Below are positions 28,134-39,020 of a DNA stretch of 64,000 nt, piece after piece (position 1 is the first letter of the stretch; the number at the start of each line of letters is the position of its first letter). The notes beneath the pieces are model-generated. The model made no database searches. It worked only from the letters and a program-made list of their open reading frames with translations, and was not told where the DNA came from. Location of the stretch: NCBI GenBank assembly GCA_902580855.1, contig CACHMF010000003.1, forward strand, positions 1,147-65,146, in the 5' to 3' direction. Made by a program: the position numbers and the translations under genes. The stretch is from an uncultured Bacteroidota bacterium (GTDB taxonomy: Bacteria > Bacteroidota > Bacteroidia > Flavobacteriales > UBA7312).

Positions 28134-29132
28134 CTATTCGTTCATATAGCTTTCGGCCTTTTCTACCATTTGGGTAGAGCCAATAAAGTAAGGTGTTCTT
28201 TGGTGTAAATCAGTTGGCACAATATCCAAGATTCTTTGTGTTCCGTCTGTTGCTTTTCCTCCAGCTTCTTCAGCAATCCATGCTAATGGAGCACATTCAT
28301 ATAACAGGCGTAGTCTACCTAGTGGAGCGGCTGTTGTTTTTGGATAAATATAAATTCCTCCTTTTAATAGATTTCGGTGAAAATCGGCAACTAATGAACC
28401 CATAAAACGAGCAGTATGTGTGCGATTTTTATTATCGTCTAATTGCTGGCAGAATGACACATATTTTTTAACTCCTTTTGACATAGTATTCAGATTGGCT
28501 TCATTTATTGAGTAAATTTCTCCAATAACAGGCGTTTGTATATTTGGATGAGACAAGCAAAATTCACCAATAGATGGATCTAGTGTAAATCCGTTTACTC
28601 CATTTCCTGTAGTATATACCAACATGGTAGATGAACCGTAAATAACATATCCGGCAGCTACTTGCTCTTTTCCTGCAACAAAAAATTCTTCTTTCGTTAC
28701 GGTTTTGTTTGTGTCTTTTCTTTGTAAAACAGCAAAGATGGTTCCGACCGATATATTAACATCAATATTGGATGATCCATCTAATGGATCAATACTGACT
28801 AAGTATTTTCCGTTTTGAGAGTTTAAACCGTCTAGTATAACAATGTCTTCATCTTCTTCAGAAGCCACAGCAGCACATTCTCCTCCAGATTTAAATGCAG
28901 CAATGAACTGATCGTTGGCGTATAAGTCTAATTTTTTAACCGATTCCCCTTGTACATTTTCTTGGCCTACTTCACCTAAGATATCGACTAATCCTGCTTT
29001 GTTAATTTCTCGGTGAACAATTTTCGAGGCAATAGCAATATCGTTTAGTAGTCGACTTAAATCTCCTTTTGCACCAGGGTTCAATGCTTGTTGATCGGTA
29101 ATGAATTCGGTGAGTGTTTTAATCTTTGCCAT
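28134..29132 (-). CDS. fbp: class 1 fructose-1,6-bisphosphatase
   Basis: 332 aa. Motifs DPLDGSSNID, GSSTMLV and GGIYIYP. Confidence 0.95.
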   Translation of the reverse strand: MAKIKTLTEFITDQQALNPGAKGDLSRLLNDIAIASKIVHREINKAGLVDILGEVGQENVQGESVKKLDLYANDQFIAAFKSGGECAAVASEEDEDIVILDGLNSQNGKYLVSIDPLDGSSNIDVNISVGTIFAVLQRKDTNKTVTKEEFFVAGKEQVAAGYVIYGSSTMLVYTTGNGVNGFTLDPSIGEFCLSHPNIQTPVIGEIYSINEANLNTMSKGVKKYVSFCQQLDDNKNRTHTARFMGSLVADFHRNLLKGGIYIYPKTTAAPLGRLRLLYECAPLAWIAEEAGGKATDGTQRILDIVPTDLHQRTPYFIGSTQMVEKAESYMNE

Positions 29133-29215
29133 AACTGGTTATTCTGTTGCAAATATGAGATAAAATAAGGGAATGATGAAATACGTTGGAAAGGGAAAAA
29201 AATTACCTTTGCTTT

Positions 29216-29701
29216 ATGACTGCACACATCCGAAAAGGAACACAGGCTGATTTGCCAGTAGTATTGGATTTAATCAAGGAATTGGCCGAATATGAGAAGG
29301 CGCTTAACGAAGTAACGATTACTCTGAAGGAATTAGAGAAAGATGGCTTTGGTGAACATCCTTGGTATTGGTTTATTGTTGCTGAAATTGATGATGAAAT
29401 TGTGGGTATGTCATTCTATTTTATTCGTTATTCTACTTGGAAAGGGCGCTTTTTGTTTTTAGAAGATTTTGTAGTGAAAGAATCTTACAGAGGAAAGGGT
29501 ATCGGGTCGCAGCTATTTGAAGAAACAGTTCGTATCGCCCAGCAGATTGAGGTGAACGGAATGATTTGGCAAGTACTAGATTGGAATGAGGCCGCAATCA
29601 ACTTTTATAAAAAGTATGATGCGCATTTAGATGACGAATGGCTGAGTGGAAAGTTAGTGAAGAAACAAATTACCAATTTCCGATTTAATGATAGTTTATA
29701 A
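29216..29701 (+). CDS. GNAT family N-acetyltransferase (diamine/SSAT-like)
   Basis: Uses the ATG at 29216 inside the TTG-started track ORF 29186-29701. Acetyl-CoA motif YRGKGIGSQLF. A TACCTTTG box sits at 29204-29211, just upstream. Confidence 0.8.
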   Translation: MTAHIRKGTQADLPVVLDLIKELAEYEKALNEVTITLKELEKDGFGEHPWYWFIVAEIDDEIVGMSFYFIRYSTWKGRFLFLEDFVVKESYRGKGIGSQLFEETVRIAQQIEVNGMIWQVLDWNEAAINFYKKYDAHLDDEWLSGKLVKKQITNFRFNDSL

Positions 29702-30926
29702 GTTTGGTGGAGCATCGGTTAAGGATGCAGCAGGTGTTCGAAATGTGGTAAGCATTTTACAAGCCGAATCAGATGTGAATTTGATGATCGTGATTTCTGC
29801 CATGGGTAAAACAACTAACGCTTTAGAGGCAATAGTAAACGCTTACTACAGCGGAGATGCACCCTCTTTAGATTCAGTAAAACAATATCACTTTGATATC
29901 ATGACTCAATTGTTTGAGCGCAATCACCCTATTTATGATAAAGTGAATAATCTGTTTGTAGAGATAGAGTGGGTGATTGAAGATGCGCCAACCAGTACTT
30001 ATGCTTACGAATACGACCAAATTGTTTCGGTGGGAGAGTTATTATCAACAACTATCATAAGCGCTTATTTGAATGAGTGTGGATTTACAAATCGTTGGCT
30101 AGATGCAAGAGATATTATTCGAACAGATAATACGCACCGAAATGCCCGTGTTGATTGGGAACTAACACAAAGCTTGATACAAAAAGAGGTTAGTAAAGGA
30201 TTACCTGTGCTTACCCAAGGATTTATTGGGTGTACTTCGGAGAATTTCACGACTACGCTTGGCAGAGAAGGTTCGGATTTTACAGCTGCTATCTTAGCGC
30301 ATGCTGCTCAAGCAGAGGAGGTTGTTATTTGGAAGGATGTTACTGGTATTTTGAATGCTGATCCACGCTTTTTTGAGGATGCTCAGAAGCTGAAAAGCTT
30401 ATCCTATGCTGAAGCTATAGAGCTTGCTTATTTTGGAGCCAAGGTTATTCATCCCAAAACAATTCAACCTTTAAAGGACAAAAATATCCCTTTACGCGTT
30501 CGCTCTTTTGTAGATGGCACTAATGATGGAACAGTGGTAAGCGAAGGTGCTGAAGTTAAGCCATTTCTACCCTCTTTTATAGTGAAAGAAAACCAAGTAT
30601 TACTTTCGATTTCGGCTCAAGACTTATCTTTCATAGTTGAAGATCACTTGAGTCATATTTTCTATTTGTTTTCTGAGTATGGTGTGCGAGTAAATGTAAT
30701 GCAAAACTCTGCAGTAAGTTTTTCCGTTTGTGTAGATGATGATGCGCAAAAAGTTCCAGCCTTAATAGATGCTTTGAAGAAAGAGTATCAAGTGTTGTAT
30801 AATGACGAACTAACATTGTATACTATTCGTCATTATAATGATGATTCTATGGCAAAGGTGTTGAAGGATAAAACATTGCTTTTAGAACAAAAAAGTCGCC
30901 ATACTGTTCAATTAGTGGTTCAATAG
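29688..30926 (+). CDS. lysC: aspartate kinase
   Basis: 412 aa. N-terminus YKFGGASV, kinase core, and C-terminal ACT-like region. Confidence 0.9.
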   Translation: MIVYKFGGASVKDAAGVRNVVSILQAESDVNLMIVISAMGKTTNALEAIVNAYYSGDAPSLDSVKQYHFDIMTQLFERNHPIYDKVNNLFVEIEWVIEDAPTSTYAYEYDQIVSVGELLSTTIISAYLNECGFTNRWLDARDIIRTDNTHRNARVDWELTQSLIQKEVSKGLPVLTQGFIGCTSENFTTTLGREGSDFTAAILAHAAQAEEVVIWKDVTGILNADPRFFEDAQKLKSLSYAEAIELAYFGAKVIHPKTIQPLKDKNIPLRVRSFVDGTNDGTVVSEGAEVKPFLPSFIVKENQVLLSISAQDLSFIVEDHLSHIFYLFSEYGVRVNVMQNSAVSFSVCVDDDAQKVPALIDALKKEYQVLYNDELTLYTIRHYNDDSMAKVLKDKTLLLEQKSRHTVQLVVQ

Positions 30927-31838
30927 AATTTTTGAGAGTAAAATTTTTGAAAGTTTTTCATAACTCTCAAAGGTCCACCCAGCAATATGTGGTGATAAAA
31001 TGACTTTATCAGACTTGATAAGATCTTCTAAGGTTTCTGATTTTTCTATTTTTTCGAAAGAAGATTTTTCGAAATCAAAAACATCCAAACATGCACCATA
31101 GATCTTTTTGTTTTTAAGTCCTTTCAAAATAGTTTTTGTGTCAACGCACTTTCCTCTAGAAGTATTAACGAGGTAAATAGGTTTTTTGAATTTTTCTAAG
31201 TAGTCATCATTAAATAGGTATGTAGTTTCTTGTGACAGAGGGATGTGTAAGCTTAAAATGTCTGATTTCTGAAAAATAACCTCCAATTCTACTTGCTCTG
31301 CCCAATTTGTGTTAAAGGATTCAAGGTATTTGTCATAGGCTAGTACAGTACAATCAAATCCTTTTAATACTTTGGCGAAAGAGCTGCCATTATTTCCATA
31401 ACCAATAATTCCAATGGTTTTACCAGAAATTTCGTGACCTCTATTTTCTTCTCTTTTCCAAATCCCTCTTCTAACTTCTGTATCCGCTTTATTTAGGTTA
31501 TTAAAAAGAGAAAGCAACATGCCTAATGCATGTTCAGCAACGGCTTGTGCATTTCCTTCAGCTGCATTGAAACATGTGATTCCTTTTTGCTCAGCATATT
31601 GCACATCTATATTTTCTAGTCCAGAACCGGATCGAGCAATGAATTTTAAGTTGTTGCAAGCATCTAAAAAGGTGCTGTCTATCTTGAATCTAGATCGGAT
31701 TATTATTCCATGAAAATCAGGAATAATTTGTTGAATTTGTTCTTTGGTTAAATCATATCCTTCTACACATTTGTAACCATTTTTAGTAAGCCCTTCCCAA
31801 AGAAGTGGGTGAACGGTATCAACAAAAAGAACTTTCAT
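30912..31838 (-). CDS. D-2-hydroxyacid dehydrogenase family, NAD-binding (phosphoglycerate dehydrogenase-like)
   Basis: 308 aa. Rossmann motif GIIGYGNNG, then NTSRG, LDVF and SPHIAG. Confidence 0.85.
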   Translation of the reverse strand: MKVLFVDTVHPLLWEGLTKNGYKCVEGYDLTKEQIQQIIPDFHGIIIRSRFKIDSTFLDACNNLKFIARSGSGLENIDVQYAEQKGITCFNAAEGNAQAVAEHALGMLLSLFNNLNKADTEVRRGIWKREENRGHEISGKTIGIIGYGNNGSSFAKVLKGFDCTVLAYDKYLESFNTNWAEQVELEVIFQKSDILSLHIPLSQETTYLFNDDYLEKFKKPIYLVNTSRGKCVDTKTILKGLKNKKIYGACLDVFDFEKSSFEKIEKSETLEDLIKSDKVILSPHIAGWTFESYEKLSKILLSKILLNH

Positions 31839-33185
31839 TTAGCTCAAAATCATTTGTCCGATAAGGAAGTAAATAAACAAACCTAAGACATCATTTACAG
31901 TAGTGATAAATGGACCTGTTGCAAGTGCTGGGTCAATCTTATACTTATCTAAGGTAAGTGGAACAAAAGTTCCAAAGAGTGCAGCAAAAATGATGACTGC
32001 TAAAAGAGCAATGCTAACAGTAGCGCTGAGCCACACTTCATACCCTAGTAAAAAGGCAGCGATGTAAATAATGCTGGAACATATAATTCCGTTTACAAGT
32101 GCGACTCCTAGTTCTTTAATAAGGCGTTTGAAGGTGCCATTAAACTCTATTGACCCTCCGGCTAAACCTTGTACTACAATAGCGGCTGATTGAACCCCTA
32201 CATTACCACCCATTGCAGCAATAAGAGGGATGAAAAAAGCCATTTGATAATTCTTCTCAATATCGAATATACCAATCACTTTGGCTCCTAACAGTCCGCC
32301 AATCATTCCGATAAGTAGCCATGGGAGTCGTGCTCTTGTTAATGTCCAAACACTATCGCTTGACTCTACATCTTCGGAAATTCCTGAAGCCATTTGGTAG
32401 TCTTTTTCAGCCTCTTCTTTAATGACTTCCATAACATCATCTACCGTAATTCGACCAATTAGCTGTCCTAAGTCATTAACCACTGGAAGAACAATTAAGT
32501 CATATTTATTCATGATGTTTCCAACCTCTTCATTGTCTTCGTTGGCATTAACCATGATAATATCTTCTTTATAGATTTCCGAAATGATTGTTTTGGCATC
32601 TGTAAGAAGCAGTTTTTTTAATGATAGTGTCCCTAACAAAATATCGTTATTATCTACTACATAAATGGTGTAAACAAAACTCACATTTTCGGCTTGTTTG
32701 CGCATTTCTCTCACGCAACGCATCACTGTCCAGTTTTTGTTAACCTTGATAAGTTCTTTTGCCATTAAACCTCCAGCTGTATCTTCTGGATAGTTTAGAA
32801 GATCTGCAATATCGCTTGCGTGTTCTACATCTTCTATGTGAGATAAAACTTCTTCTTTTACTTCTTGCGGAAGTTCAGAAACGATATCTGCAGCATCATC
32901 TGATTCTAGGTTTTCAAGAACCTCTTCTGCAATCTCTTTTGGAGAAAGGTTGTCTAATAATTGATCGCGTAAATCATCCTCCAGTTCCATTAGGATGTCA
33001 GCGCCTTTTTCATCCTCAATAATGTTGTGAAGAAAATGTGCTTGTTCTAGCTCTATCGCTTCATAAATTTCAGCAATATCGGCAGCATGAATTTCAGTAA
33101 GTTCTTCTGTTAGTTTTGCTACAGATTGCTCTTCAATCAAAGACTGAATGTGTTCAATGTATTCTTTACTTAACTCAAATTTCAT
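31839..33185 (-). CDS. mgtE: magnesium transporter MgtE
   Basis: 448 aa. MgtE_N domain, CBS pair, and a C-terminal 5-TM domain containing GGNVGVQS and PFITTVND. Confidence 0.93.
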   Translation of the reverse strand: MKFELSKEYIEHIQSLIEEQSVAKLTEELTEIHAADIAEIYEAIELEQAHFLHNIIEDEKGADILMELEDDLRDQLLDNLSPKEIAEEVLENLESDDAADIVSELPQEVKEEVLSHIEDVEHASDIADLLNYPEDTAGGLMAKELIKVNKNWTVMRCVREMRKQAENVSFVYTIYVVDNNDILLGTLSLKKLLLTDAKTIISEIYKEDIIMVNANEDNEEVGNIMNKYDLIVLPVVNDLGQLIGRITVDDVMEVIKEEAEKDYQMASGISEDVESSDSVWTLTRARLPWLLIGMIGGLLGAKVIGIFDIEKNYQMAFFIPLIAAMGGNVGVQSAAIVVQGLAGGSIEFNGTFKRLIKELGVALVNGIICSSIIYIAAFLLGYEVWLSATVSIALLAVIIFAALFGTFVPLTLDKYKIDPALATGPFITTVNDVLGLFIYFLIGQMILS

Positions 33186-33949
33186 ACTTCAAAACTTTGG
33201 GTTAGTTGGATGAAATCATCTACACTTAACTGTTCTGCACGTAGGCTAAGGTAGGGTTCGGCTTTCTTTTCGTCAACCAAGGTAATACTTTTTAAGGCAT
33301 TCCTCAAAGTCTTCCTTCTTTGATTGAAAGCAGTTTTAACCACTCTTTTGAAGAGTTTTTCATCACAGTCTAAGGTTTGATTTTCTTTTCGAATTAAGCG
33401 AATAACTCCTGATTTGACTTTAGGAGGAGGAATAAAGACATCTTCGTTTACTGTAAACAAATATTCGATATTGTAATAAGCTTGAAGTAAAACACTGATG
33501 ATGCCGTAGTTTTTATTTCCCGGCTGTGAAGCTATTCTTTCGGCCACTTCTTTTTGAAACATTCCTGCAATTTCAGGGATAATCTCTTTGTGTTCCAAAG
33601 CCTTAAATAAAATTTGTGAAGAGATGTTATACGGAAAGTTTCCGATCAGTGCAAAGGGTTCTTTGAAGATTTCGTTGAGCGGAAGTTTTAAGAAATCTCC
33701 TTCTATAATATGATTATTGAGTAGAGGGAAATGAGTTTTAAGATAAACCACTGACTCTTTGTCTATCTCGATAACAAAAACTTCGCTGTCTTTTTGTAAT
33801 AAGAACTGCGTGAGTACACCCATCCCTGGACCAATTTCCAACACCTGTTTGTATGCTTGGTGATGAAGGGAGTCAGCAATCTTTTGAGCGACATTAAGGT
33901 CGTTTAAAAAATGTTGACCTAGGTGCTTTTTAGCTCTTACTTTTCCCAT
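33182..33949 (-). CDS. rsmA: 16S rRNA (adenine1518/1519-N6)-dimethyltransferase
   Basis: 255 aa. Motifs [16 protein letters not shown] and GNFPYNISS. Confidence 0.93.
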   Translation of the reverse strand: MGKVRAKKHLGQHFLNDLNVAQKIADSLHHQAYKQVLEIGPGMGVLTQFLLQKDSEVFVIEIDKESVVYLKTHFPLLNNHIIEGDFLKLPLNEIFKEPFALIGNFPYNISSQILFKALEHKEIIPEIAGMFQKEVAERIASQPGNKNYGIISVLLQAYYNIEYLFTVNEDVFIPPPKVKSGVIRLIRKENQTLDCDEKLFKRVVKTAFNQRRKTLRNALKSITLVDEKKAEPYLSLRAEQLSVDDFIQLTQSFEV

Positions 33950-33950
33950 C

Positions 33951-34256
33951 TTACTGCTCGTGAACGATTTCTAATAAGGAACGAAATGCTCCAAATTTTC
34001 CTCTGTATTTTTCGGTGTGTTCTGTTTGTAATGCTTGTGAAAACTCAGTTTGATACTTTTCTAAAGTAGCCAAATCTTTGCAGGTGTATTGTATGGCGTA
34101 TGTAATTTCATCATCAACCATCAATCGGCAAATTTTATTACTAAGGAAACAACCTGTATTCATTACATCAGGAATGTGTTTTGTTTTCATCCAGTGTAGC
34201 CACTCTTCGTGAATAGTTGGGTCTACTAAGCTTACAGTTACATTATAAATAATCAT
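33951..34256 (-). CDS. DUF4286-like small protein
   Basis: 101 aa. N-terminus MIIYNVTV...HEEWLHWM is typical of this Bacteroidota family, which commonly lies next to rsmA. Confidence 0.6.
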   Translation of the reverse strand: MIIYNVTVSLVDPTIHEEWLHWMKTKHIPDVMNTGCFLSNKICRLMVDDEITYAIQYTCKDLATLEKYQTEFSQALQTEHTEKYRGKFGAFRSLLEIVHEQ

Positions 34257-36085
34257 TGTGCTATGTTTTCGTTATCACCTCTTAATGCTCGAAATCTTTT
34301 CCTTGCTTCCGAAGTATAGATGCTTCCATTATGTTCTAGCAAAATTTGTTCGTACAGCATTTGTGCTTTTTTGTTATCCTTTAAATGTTCTTCAGTCAGT
34401 TTTGCCCATTGAAAAAGTGCATCATCTGCAAGGATATCATAGCTATAGTTTTCAGCTACATCTTGAAAATAACTGATAGCTTGACTGTAGTTTTTAGTAT
34501 GCATGGATATTTCCGCCTTTTTGTAAATAACTTCATCAGAAAGGCTGTGTCCTGAAAAAGTAAGCAATAAGCTGTCTAGAGTATTTGTGCTAGCCTCCCA
34601 TTTATTTTGAAATGCTAAAAATTCTGCTCGAGCATACATTTCCATGGCGTGACTAGAAGTGTCTAGCCCCACATTGTCCGTAATGAGCAGGGATAAATCC
34701 ATTGCATTGTTGGCAATAAGTTTGGAGGTAGATGCCTTTAGTACATCTAGCTGCGCTTGAGCCCAATCAAATTCTCCTTGGAAATAGGAGATTCTTGCTC
34801 TTCGGAATTTAGCTTCGTGCCCAATAGGGTTTTCTTTAAAGTCTTTTTCTACTTGAGAGTAAAGCAGAATAGCTTCCCATGGATCTCCTCGCATAAGTAA
34901 AATATCAGCCAGTTCTAACTTACATTCGGCCTGTAGTTCCACTTCTCCCATCGTTATGTTGATACATTCTTCTAGTAATGAAACAGCCTTTTCGGAGTTG
35001 TGCAGGTAAAATCCCTGAAGGTGTGCGTACTCTTTTATTAAATAAGCTGTAGATATATTTATTCCTAGTTCATTGATTGCATCCTGATATTCATTGTCAA
35101 TTTTTTCCAGATCATTTTTAGTGTGTGTGCTAGCTAAAATTCGCTCTGTTTTTGCGATAACTTTCAGGATTTTTGCTTCTAAAAGGTAGGTGGGATTTCC
35201 TTTTTGGATAAGGTATTTATAAGCGTCTATTGCTGCTTTGTAGGCTTGATTTTCATGAGCGATAGTGGCTAACTCATACATGCGATGGCCATTTTCATCT
35301 AATCTCTTATCAAGTGCTTTGGAATATATGAAAGCAGCATCAAATTCATCTTGTTGCATGAATAGCCATACAAGCATTTCGGTTAAGTCGGTGTTATTGG
35401 TTTTTTGGACTTCTTTGAGCAGTTGTTTTTTTAGAATTTCAAAATTATCCCTGTTTCCTTTTGTTCTCCCAAGTGTGTTTTGAAGTGTGTTTTGTACAGA
35501 TTGTCGTTTGCTAGGTTCTTCTACTACAAGCAAGATGAATTCATCAACCATCAATTCTGTCTCGCCAAGATTTCTGTAAATGTTTGCGATTTGAAATCGG
35601 AAGTTGTGTTGGGGGTTGAGTTCTTGGCCTTTTTTGTATGCTTTTAAAGCCCATTCGTGCTCACCTCTATATGTGAAAGAAGAGGCTAAAGTGTTAACTT
35701 GACTGTATTGTCCAGGAGGTAAAGAATTGGTTGTTTTTTGGAATTGTTTCTCTGCTTTTTTCGCAAGATTATTTGCTTTCCAAACATACCCAAGGTCAAC
35801 TTTATATTTTAAATTATTTGGGTGTTTTTTTTGAGCCTTCCTGATTAGTTTTTCAGCTTCTGAAAAATATTCTAGTTTCAATAAACTCTCTAAATAAGAA
35901 TTGTAGATTGAATTGATATTAATCTTTTCTTTTTCTAATTGTTTGTAAATCGTTATAGATTTTTCAAAATCACCATTTCGGTAGTATTCATTAGCTAGTT
36001 TGAATTGGTTTCTATCTTGAGCTAACAGGTTTCCGGTAATGCAATATAACGATATGAGTAAGATTACTTGCTTCATTTTGTCCAC
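34253..36085 (-). CDS. TPR repeat protein with signal peptide
   Basis: 610 aa. Many TPR-like 34-residue helical repeats; N-terminal signal ...LLAQ. Confidence 0.7.
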   Translation of the reverse strand: MDKMKQVILLISLYCITGNLLAQDRNQFKLANEYYRNGDFEKSITIYKQLEKEKININSIYNSYLESLLKLEYFSEAEKLIRKAQKKHPNNLKYKVDLGYVWKANNLAKKAEKQFQKTTNSLPPGQYSQVNTLASSFTYRGEHEWALKAYKKGQELNPQHNFRFQIANIYRNLGETELMVDEFILLVVEEPSKRQSVQNTLQNTLGRTKGNRDNFEILKKQLLKEVQKTNNTDLTEMLVWLFMQQDEFDAAFIYSKALDKRLDENGHRMYELATIAHENQAYKAAIDAYKYLIQKGNPTYLLEAKILKVIAKTERILASTHTKNDLEKIDNEYQDAINELGINISTAYLIKEYAHLQGFYLHNSEKAVSLLEECINITMGEVELQAECKLELADILLMRGDPWEAILLYSQVEKDFKENPIGHEAKFRRARISYFQGEFDWAQAQLDVLKASTSKLIANNAMDLSLLITDNVGLDTSSHAMEMYARAEFLAFQNKWEASTNTLDSLLLTFSGHSLSDEVIYKKAEISMHTKNYSQAISYFQDVAENYSYDILADDALFQWAKLTEEHLKDNKKAQMLYEQILLEHNGSIYTSEARKRFRALRGDNENIAQ

Positions 36086-36711
36086 AGAAAGTCATTATGC
36101 TTGTAAAGTTTAAAGTCACTTACTTTTTGTAAAGGTATTGATGCTTTGTAGCAAGTGTATCCAAGACTTGTGAGGAGACCCCAGCTTGCTTTTCGTCCAG
36201 CTTCTGAACATTCTATGAAAATAATAGGAGAGTTGTTTTGCAACATCGATTTCATTCCTTTTAAGACAAACGCCTCGGCTCCTTCAACATCTATCTTTAT
36301 AAAAGAAGGTGAGAGTTTCGAAAGTTCTGAATCGTGATCAATGACAATAGAATCGACAGATACTTTTTTTACACTGCAATCTTCTTTGTGCCACACCATG
36401 CTTGCCATTGTATGATTTTTTCCTTGATCAGGAATCAAAAAGGTTGTTTTTTCTGTTTTATCGGATACTGCTTTCTTGTAAAGCGTGATGTTCTGTAAGG
36501 AATTGAGGTGATAGTTTTTTTCTAGAATTTCAGCTGTCTCTGGAATAGCTTCGAAGGAGTAAACCTTCCCGTTTTTCCCTGCTAATTTGCTGCAGCTTAA
36601 AGTGAAATAACCCACGTTAGCGCCAATGTCAAAAACAACATCTCCAGGCGATACAAAATGCTTGATTATATTTTGGGTTTGAGGTTCAAAACTTCCGTAA
36701 ATTAACGACAA
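36073..36711 (-). CDS. FkbM family methyltransferase (start codon uncertain)
   Basis: 212 aa from the TTG at 36711. SAM motif VFDIGANVGYFT. The reading frame stays open for 44 more codons upstream (to 36843) with no ATG, GTG or TTG. Confidence 0.7.
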   Translation of the reverse strand: MSLIYGSFEPQTQNIIKHFVSPGDVVFDIGANVGYFTLSCSKLAGKNGKVYSFEAIPETAEILEKNYHLNSLQNITLYKKAVSDKTEKTTFLIPDQGKNHTMASMVWHKEDCSVKKVSVDSIVIDHDSELSKLSPSFIKIDVEGAEAFVLKGMKSMLQNNSPIIFIECSEAGRKASWGLLTSLGYTCYKASIPLQKVSDFKLYKHNDFLWTK

Positions 36712-36823
36712 CTCTGTTTTAGCTGAAGCAAAGATTTTTAAACCTTTATTGATTCCTGATAAGACAGTATATGTTCTTCGTTCAGCACCAAAAATGAAAA
36801 CAATGATATTTTTAAGAAGTGAT

Positions 36824-37372
36824 TTAATAACTGCTAATGTTTTCTAGTTCTTGATTGATGGTTTGTAATAAAGTGTCACTTCTAGAAAACCCATCGATTG
36901 CTGTTTTATAAGCTTCTTTGCTGTCGTTTAGAAGTAATTTCTCTTTCGCTATAAAGTTGTCCACTTCAGATTTATCATACACATTATTTGAAATATCATT
37001 TTTTAAGTGTTTTAATTCTTGAATATTTCTCGGGATGTTTTTGGTGAGGTTTTGATTCGTTTTAATGTAAGGTTTTAAGCTTCTTTTCAATAGCTTTAGT
37101 TTGTTAATGAATGTAGCATCTTTTATGTCATTTGGGTTTAGGTTGTCTAATGCCATTCTCGATTTTCTCATTAATAACTCATACTCATTGTACTGCAATT
37201 TTGCTTCGTCAAAGTTCATGCTATCCACTACAATCTTCAATTGGTTGTATTCAGTAATCAAGCTGTCAACAGTAGCAAGTTCTTCATTAAAAGAAGAACG
37301 GGAGCAAGCTGATAGCAGCATTACTCCCGTTAATATGTAAACTAGATATTTCATTTTAGTTGATGATGTCAA
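36824..37372 (-). CDS. hypothetical lipoprotein, coiled-coil rich
   Basis: 182 aa. Lipobox LLSACS; the remainder is predicted helical. No recognisable family. Confidence 0.5.
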   Translation of the reverse strand: MTSSTKMKYLVYILTGVMLLSACSRSSFNEELATVDSLITEYNQLKIVVDSMNFDEAKLQYNEYELLMRKSRMALDNLNPNDIKDATFINKLKLLKRSLKPYIKTNQNLTKNIPRNIQELKHLKNDISNNVYDKSEVDNFIAKEKLLLNDSKEAYKTAIDGFSRSDTLLQTINQELENISSY

Positions 37373-38627
37373 ATCCAGTGTAAGGCACTAATGCTTTTGG
37401 AATGCGAATACCCTCAGGTGTTTGATTGTTCTCTAATAAAGCCGCTACAATTCTTGGTAGTGCTAATGCGCTTCCGTTTAAGGTGTGGCACAACTGATTT
37501 TTTTTGTTTTTGTCTTTGTAACGTAATTTTAATCGGTTGGCTTGGTAGCTTTCAAAGTTAGAGATAGAACTTACTTCTAACCATCTTTCTTGTGCGGCTG
37601 AGTAAACCTCCATATCGTAAGTAAGGGCAGAGGTGAAGCTCATGTCACCGCCACATAATTTTAGGATGCGGAAAGGCAACTCTAAATCTCTTAATATTTC
37701 CGTCACATGCTTTACCATCACATCCAATGTTTCGTATGATTTTTCAGGAGATTGCACTTGTACAATTTCTACTTTATCGAATTGGTGCAGCCTATTTAAT
37801 CCCCTTACATCTTTTCCGTAAGAACCCGCTTCTCTTCTAAAACAAGGGGTGTAAGCAGTGTATTTGATTGGAAATTCTTCTGATTTCACAATAACATCTC
37901 TAAAGATGTTAGTGACTGGAACTTCTGCAGTAGGTATCAAATAAAGATTATCACCAGTAACATGATACATTTGCCCTTCTTTATCGGGGAGCTGCCCGGT
38001 GCCAAAACCACTGTCTTCATTTACTAGGTGCGGGGGTTGTACTTCCAAGTAGCCCGCATCAGTATTTTTATCCAAAAAGAAATTGATAAGCGCTCTTTGT
38101 AGTCGAGCCCCTTTCCCTTTGTAAACAGGAAATCCTGCTCCAGTGATTTTATTTCCGAGTTCAAAATCAATTAAATCGTATTTAGCGGCTAGCTCCCAGT
38201 GAGGTAGGTTTGTTTCTCCTAAACTTGGAATTGTTCCTTCTTCAGAAACAACCTCATTATCTTCAGCGCTTTTTCCAGCTGGAACTAAATCATGCGGAAT
38301 GTTTGGGATTTGCACCAGCAAATCCTGTAAATCTTGATTGATTTTTGATTGCTGTTCTTGTAGAGATTTACTTTGCTCTTTCAAGGTAGCTGTTTGTGCT
38401 TTTGCAGCATTAGCTTTTTCTACTTCCCCATTTTTAAACAGCATGCCAATTTCTTTGGCTATCTGATTAGATTGCGCTAACACACTGTCTAATTCTGCTT
38501 GTGTGCTTTTGCGCTTGTCATCCAGTGCAATGACTTCGGCTAATATAGTTGTAGCATCAAAACCTTTTTTAGCAAGCTTTTGAATTGCTTCTTCTTTCTG
38601 TTCTCGGATATAATTCAGTTGTAACAT
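37356..38627 (-). CDS. serS: seryl-tRNA synthetase
   Basis: 423 aa. N-terminal coiled-coil arm, then class II motifs (FRREAGS, GSALALPR). Confidence 0.96.
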   Translation of the reverse strand: MLQLNYIREQKEEAIQKLAKKGFDATTILAEVIALDDKRKSTQAELDSVLAQSNQIAKEIGMLFKNGEVEKANAAKAQTATLKEQSKSLQEQQSKINQDLQDLLVQIPNIPHDLVPAGKSAEDNEVVSEEGTIPSLGETNLPHWELAAKYDLIDFELGNKITGAGFPVYKGKGARLQRALINFFLDKNTDAGYLEVQPPHLVNEDSGFGTGQLPDKEGQMYHVTGDNLYLIPTAEVPVTNIFRDVIVKSEEFPIKYTAYTPCFRREAGSYGKDVRGLNRLHQFDKVEIVQVQSPEKSYETLDVMVKHVTEILRDLELPFRILKLCGGDMSFTSALTYDMEVYSAAQERWLEVSSISNFESYQANRLKLRYKDKNKKNQLCHTLNGSALALPRIVAALLENNQTPEGIRIPKALVPYTGFDIIN

Positions 38628-38646
38628 ATCTTTCCTTCTTGCTTTA

Positions 38647-38654
38647 CAAAAATA
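38647..38654 (-). promoter_or_regulatory. -7 promoter box upstream of serS
   Basis: TATTTTTG on the - strand ends 19 nt upstream of the serS ATG, downstream of the rpmA terminator. Confidence 0.45.
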
Positions 38655-38667
38655 ACATTCTATTCCA

Positions 38668-38701
38668 TAAAAAAACTCCCGACTTGAAATAAGCCGGGAG
38701 T
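38668..38701 (-). terminator. rho-independent terminator after rplU-rpmA
   Basis: On the - strand, ACTCCCGGCTT-ATTTC-AAGTCGGGAGT (11-bp stem with one mismatch) is followed by a T-run. Confidence 0.8.
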
Positions 38702-38731
38702 TTCTTTTAAATCTTTTTCAATAACCCTTGC

Positions 38732-38992
38732 TTATTCTGCAAATGGAGATACTGAAACAAATGATCGATTATTTTTCTTTTTAGTAAAAACAACGGTTCC
38801 GTCAACCAATGCAAATAAAGTATGATCTTTACCCATACCTACATTTTCACCTGGATGGTGCGTTGTTCCTCTTTGACGAACAAGGATATTTCCTGCTAAG
38901 CAGCCTTGACCACCGTAAATTTTAACGCCTAATCGTTTACTTTCTGATTCTCTACCGTTCTTACTACTACCTACACCTTTCTTATGAGCCAT
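38732..38992 (-). CDS. rpmA: 50S ribosomal protein L27
   Basis: 86 aa. [16 protein letters not shown]... is the canonical L27 N-terminus. Confidence 0.97.
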   Translation of the reverse strand: MAHKKGVGSSKNGRESESKRLGVKIYGGQGCLAGNILVRQRGTTHHPGENVGMGKDHTLFALVDGTVVFTKKKNNRSFVSVSPFAE

Positions 38993-39020
38993 GGTATTTA
39001 GTTTTTATAAGTTATAACCA

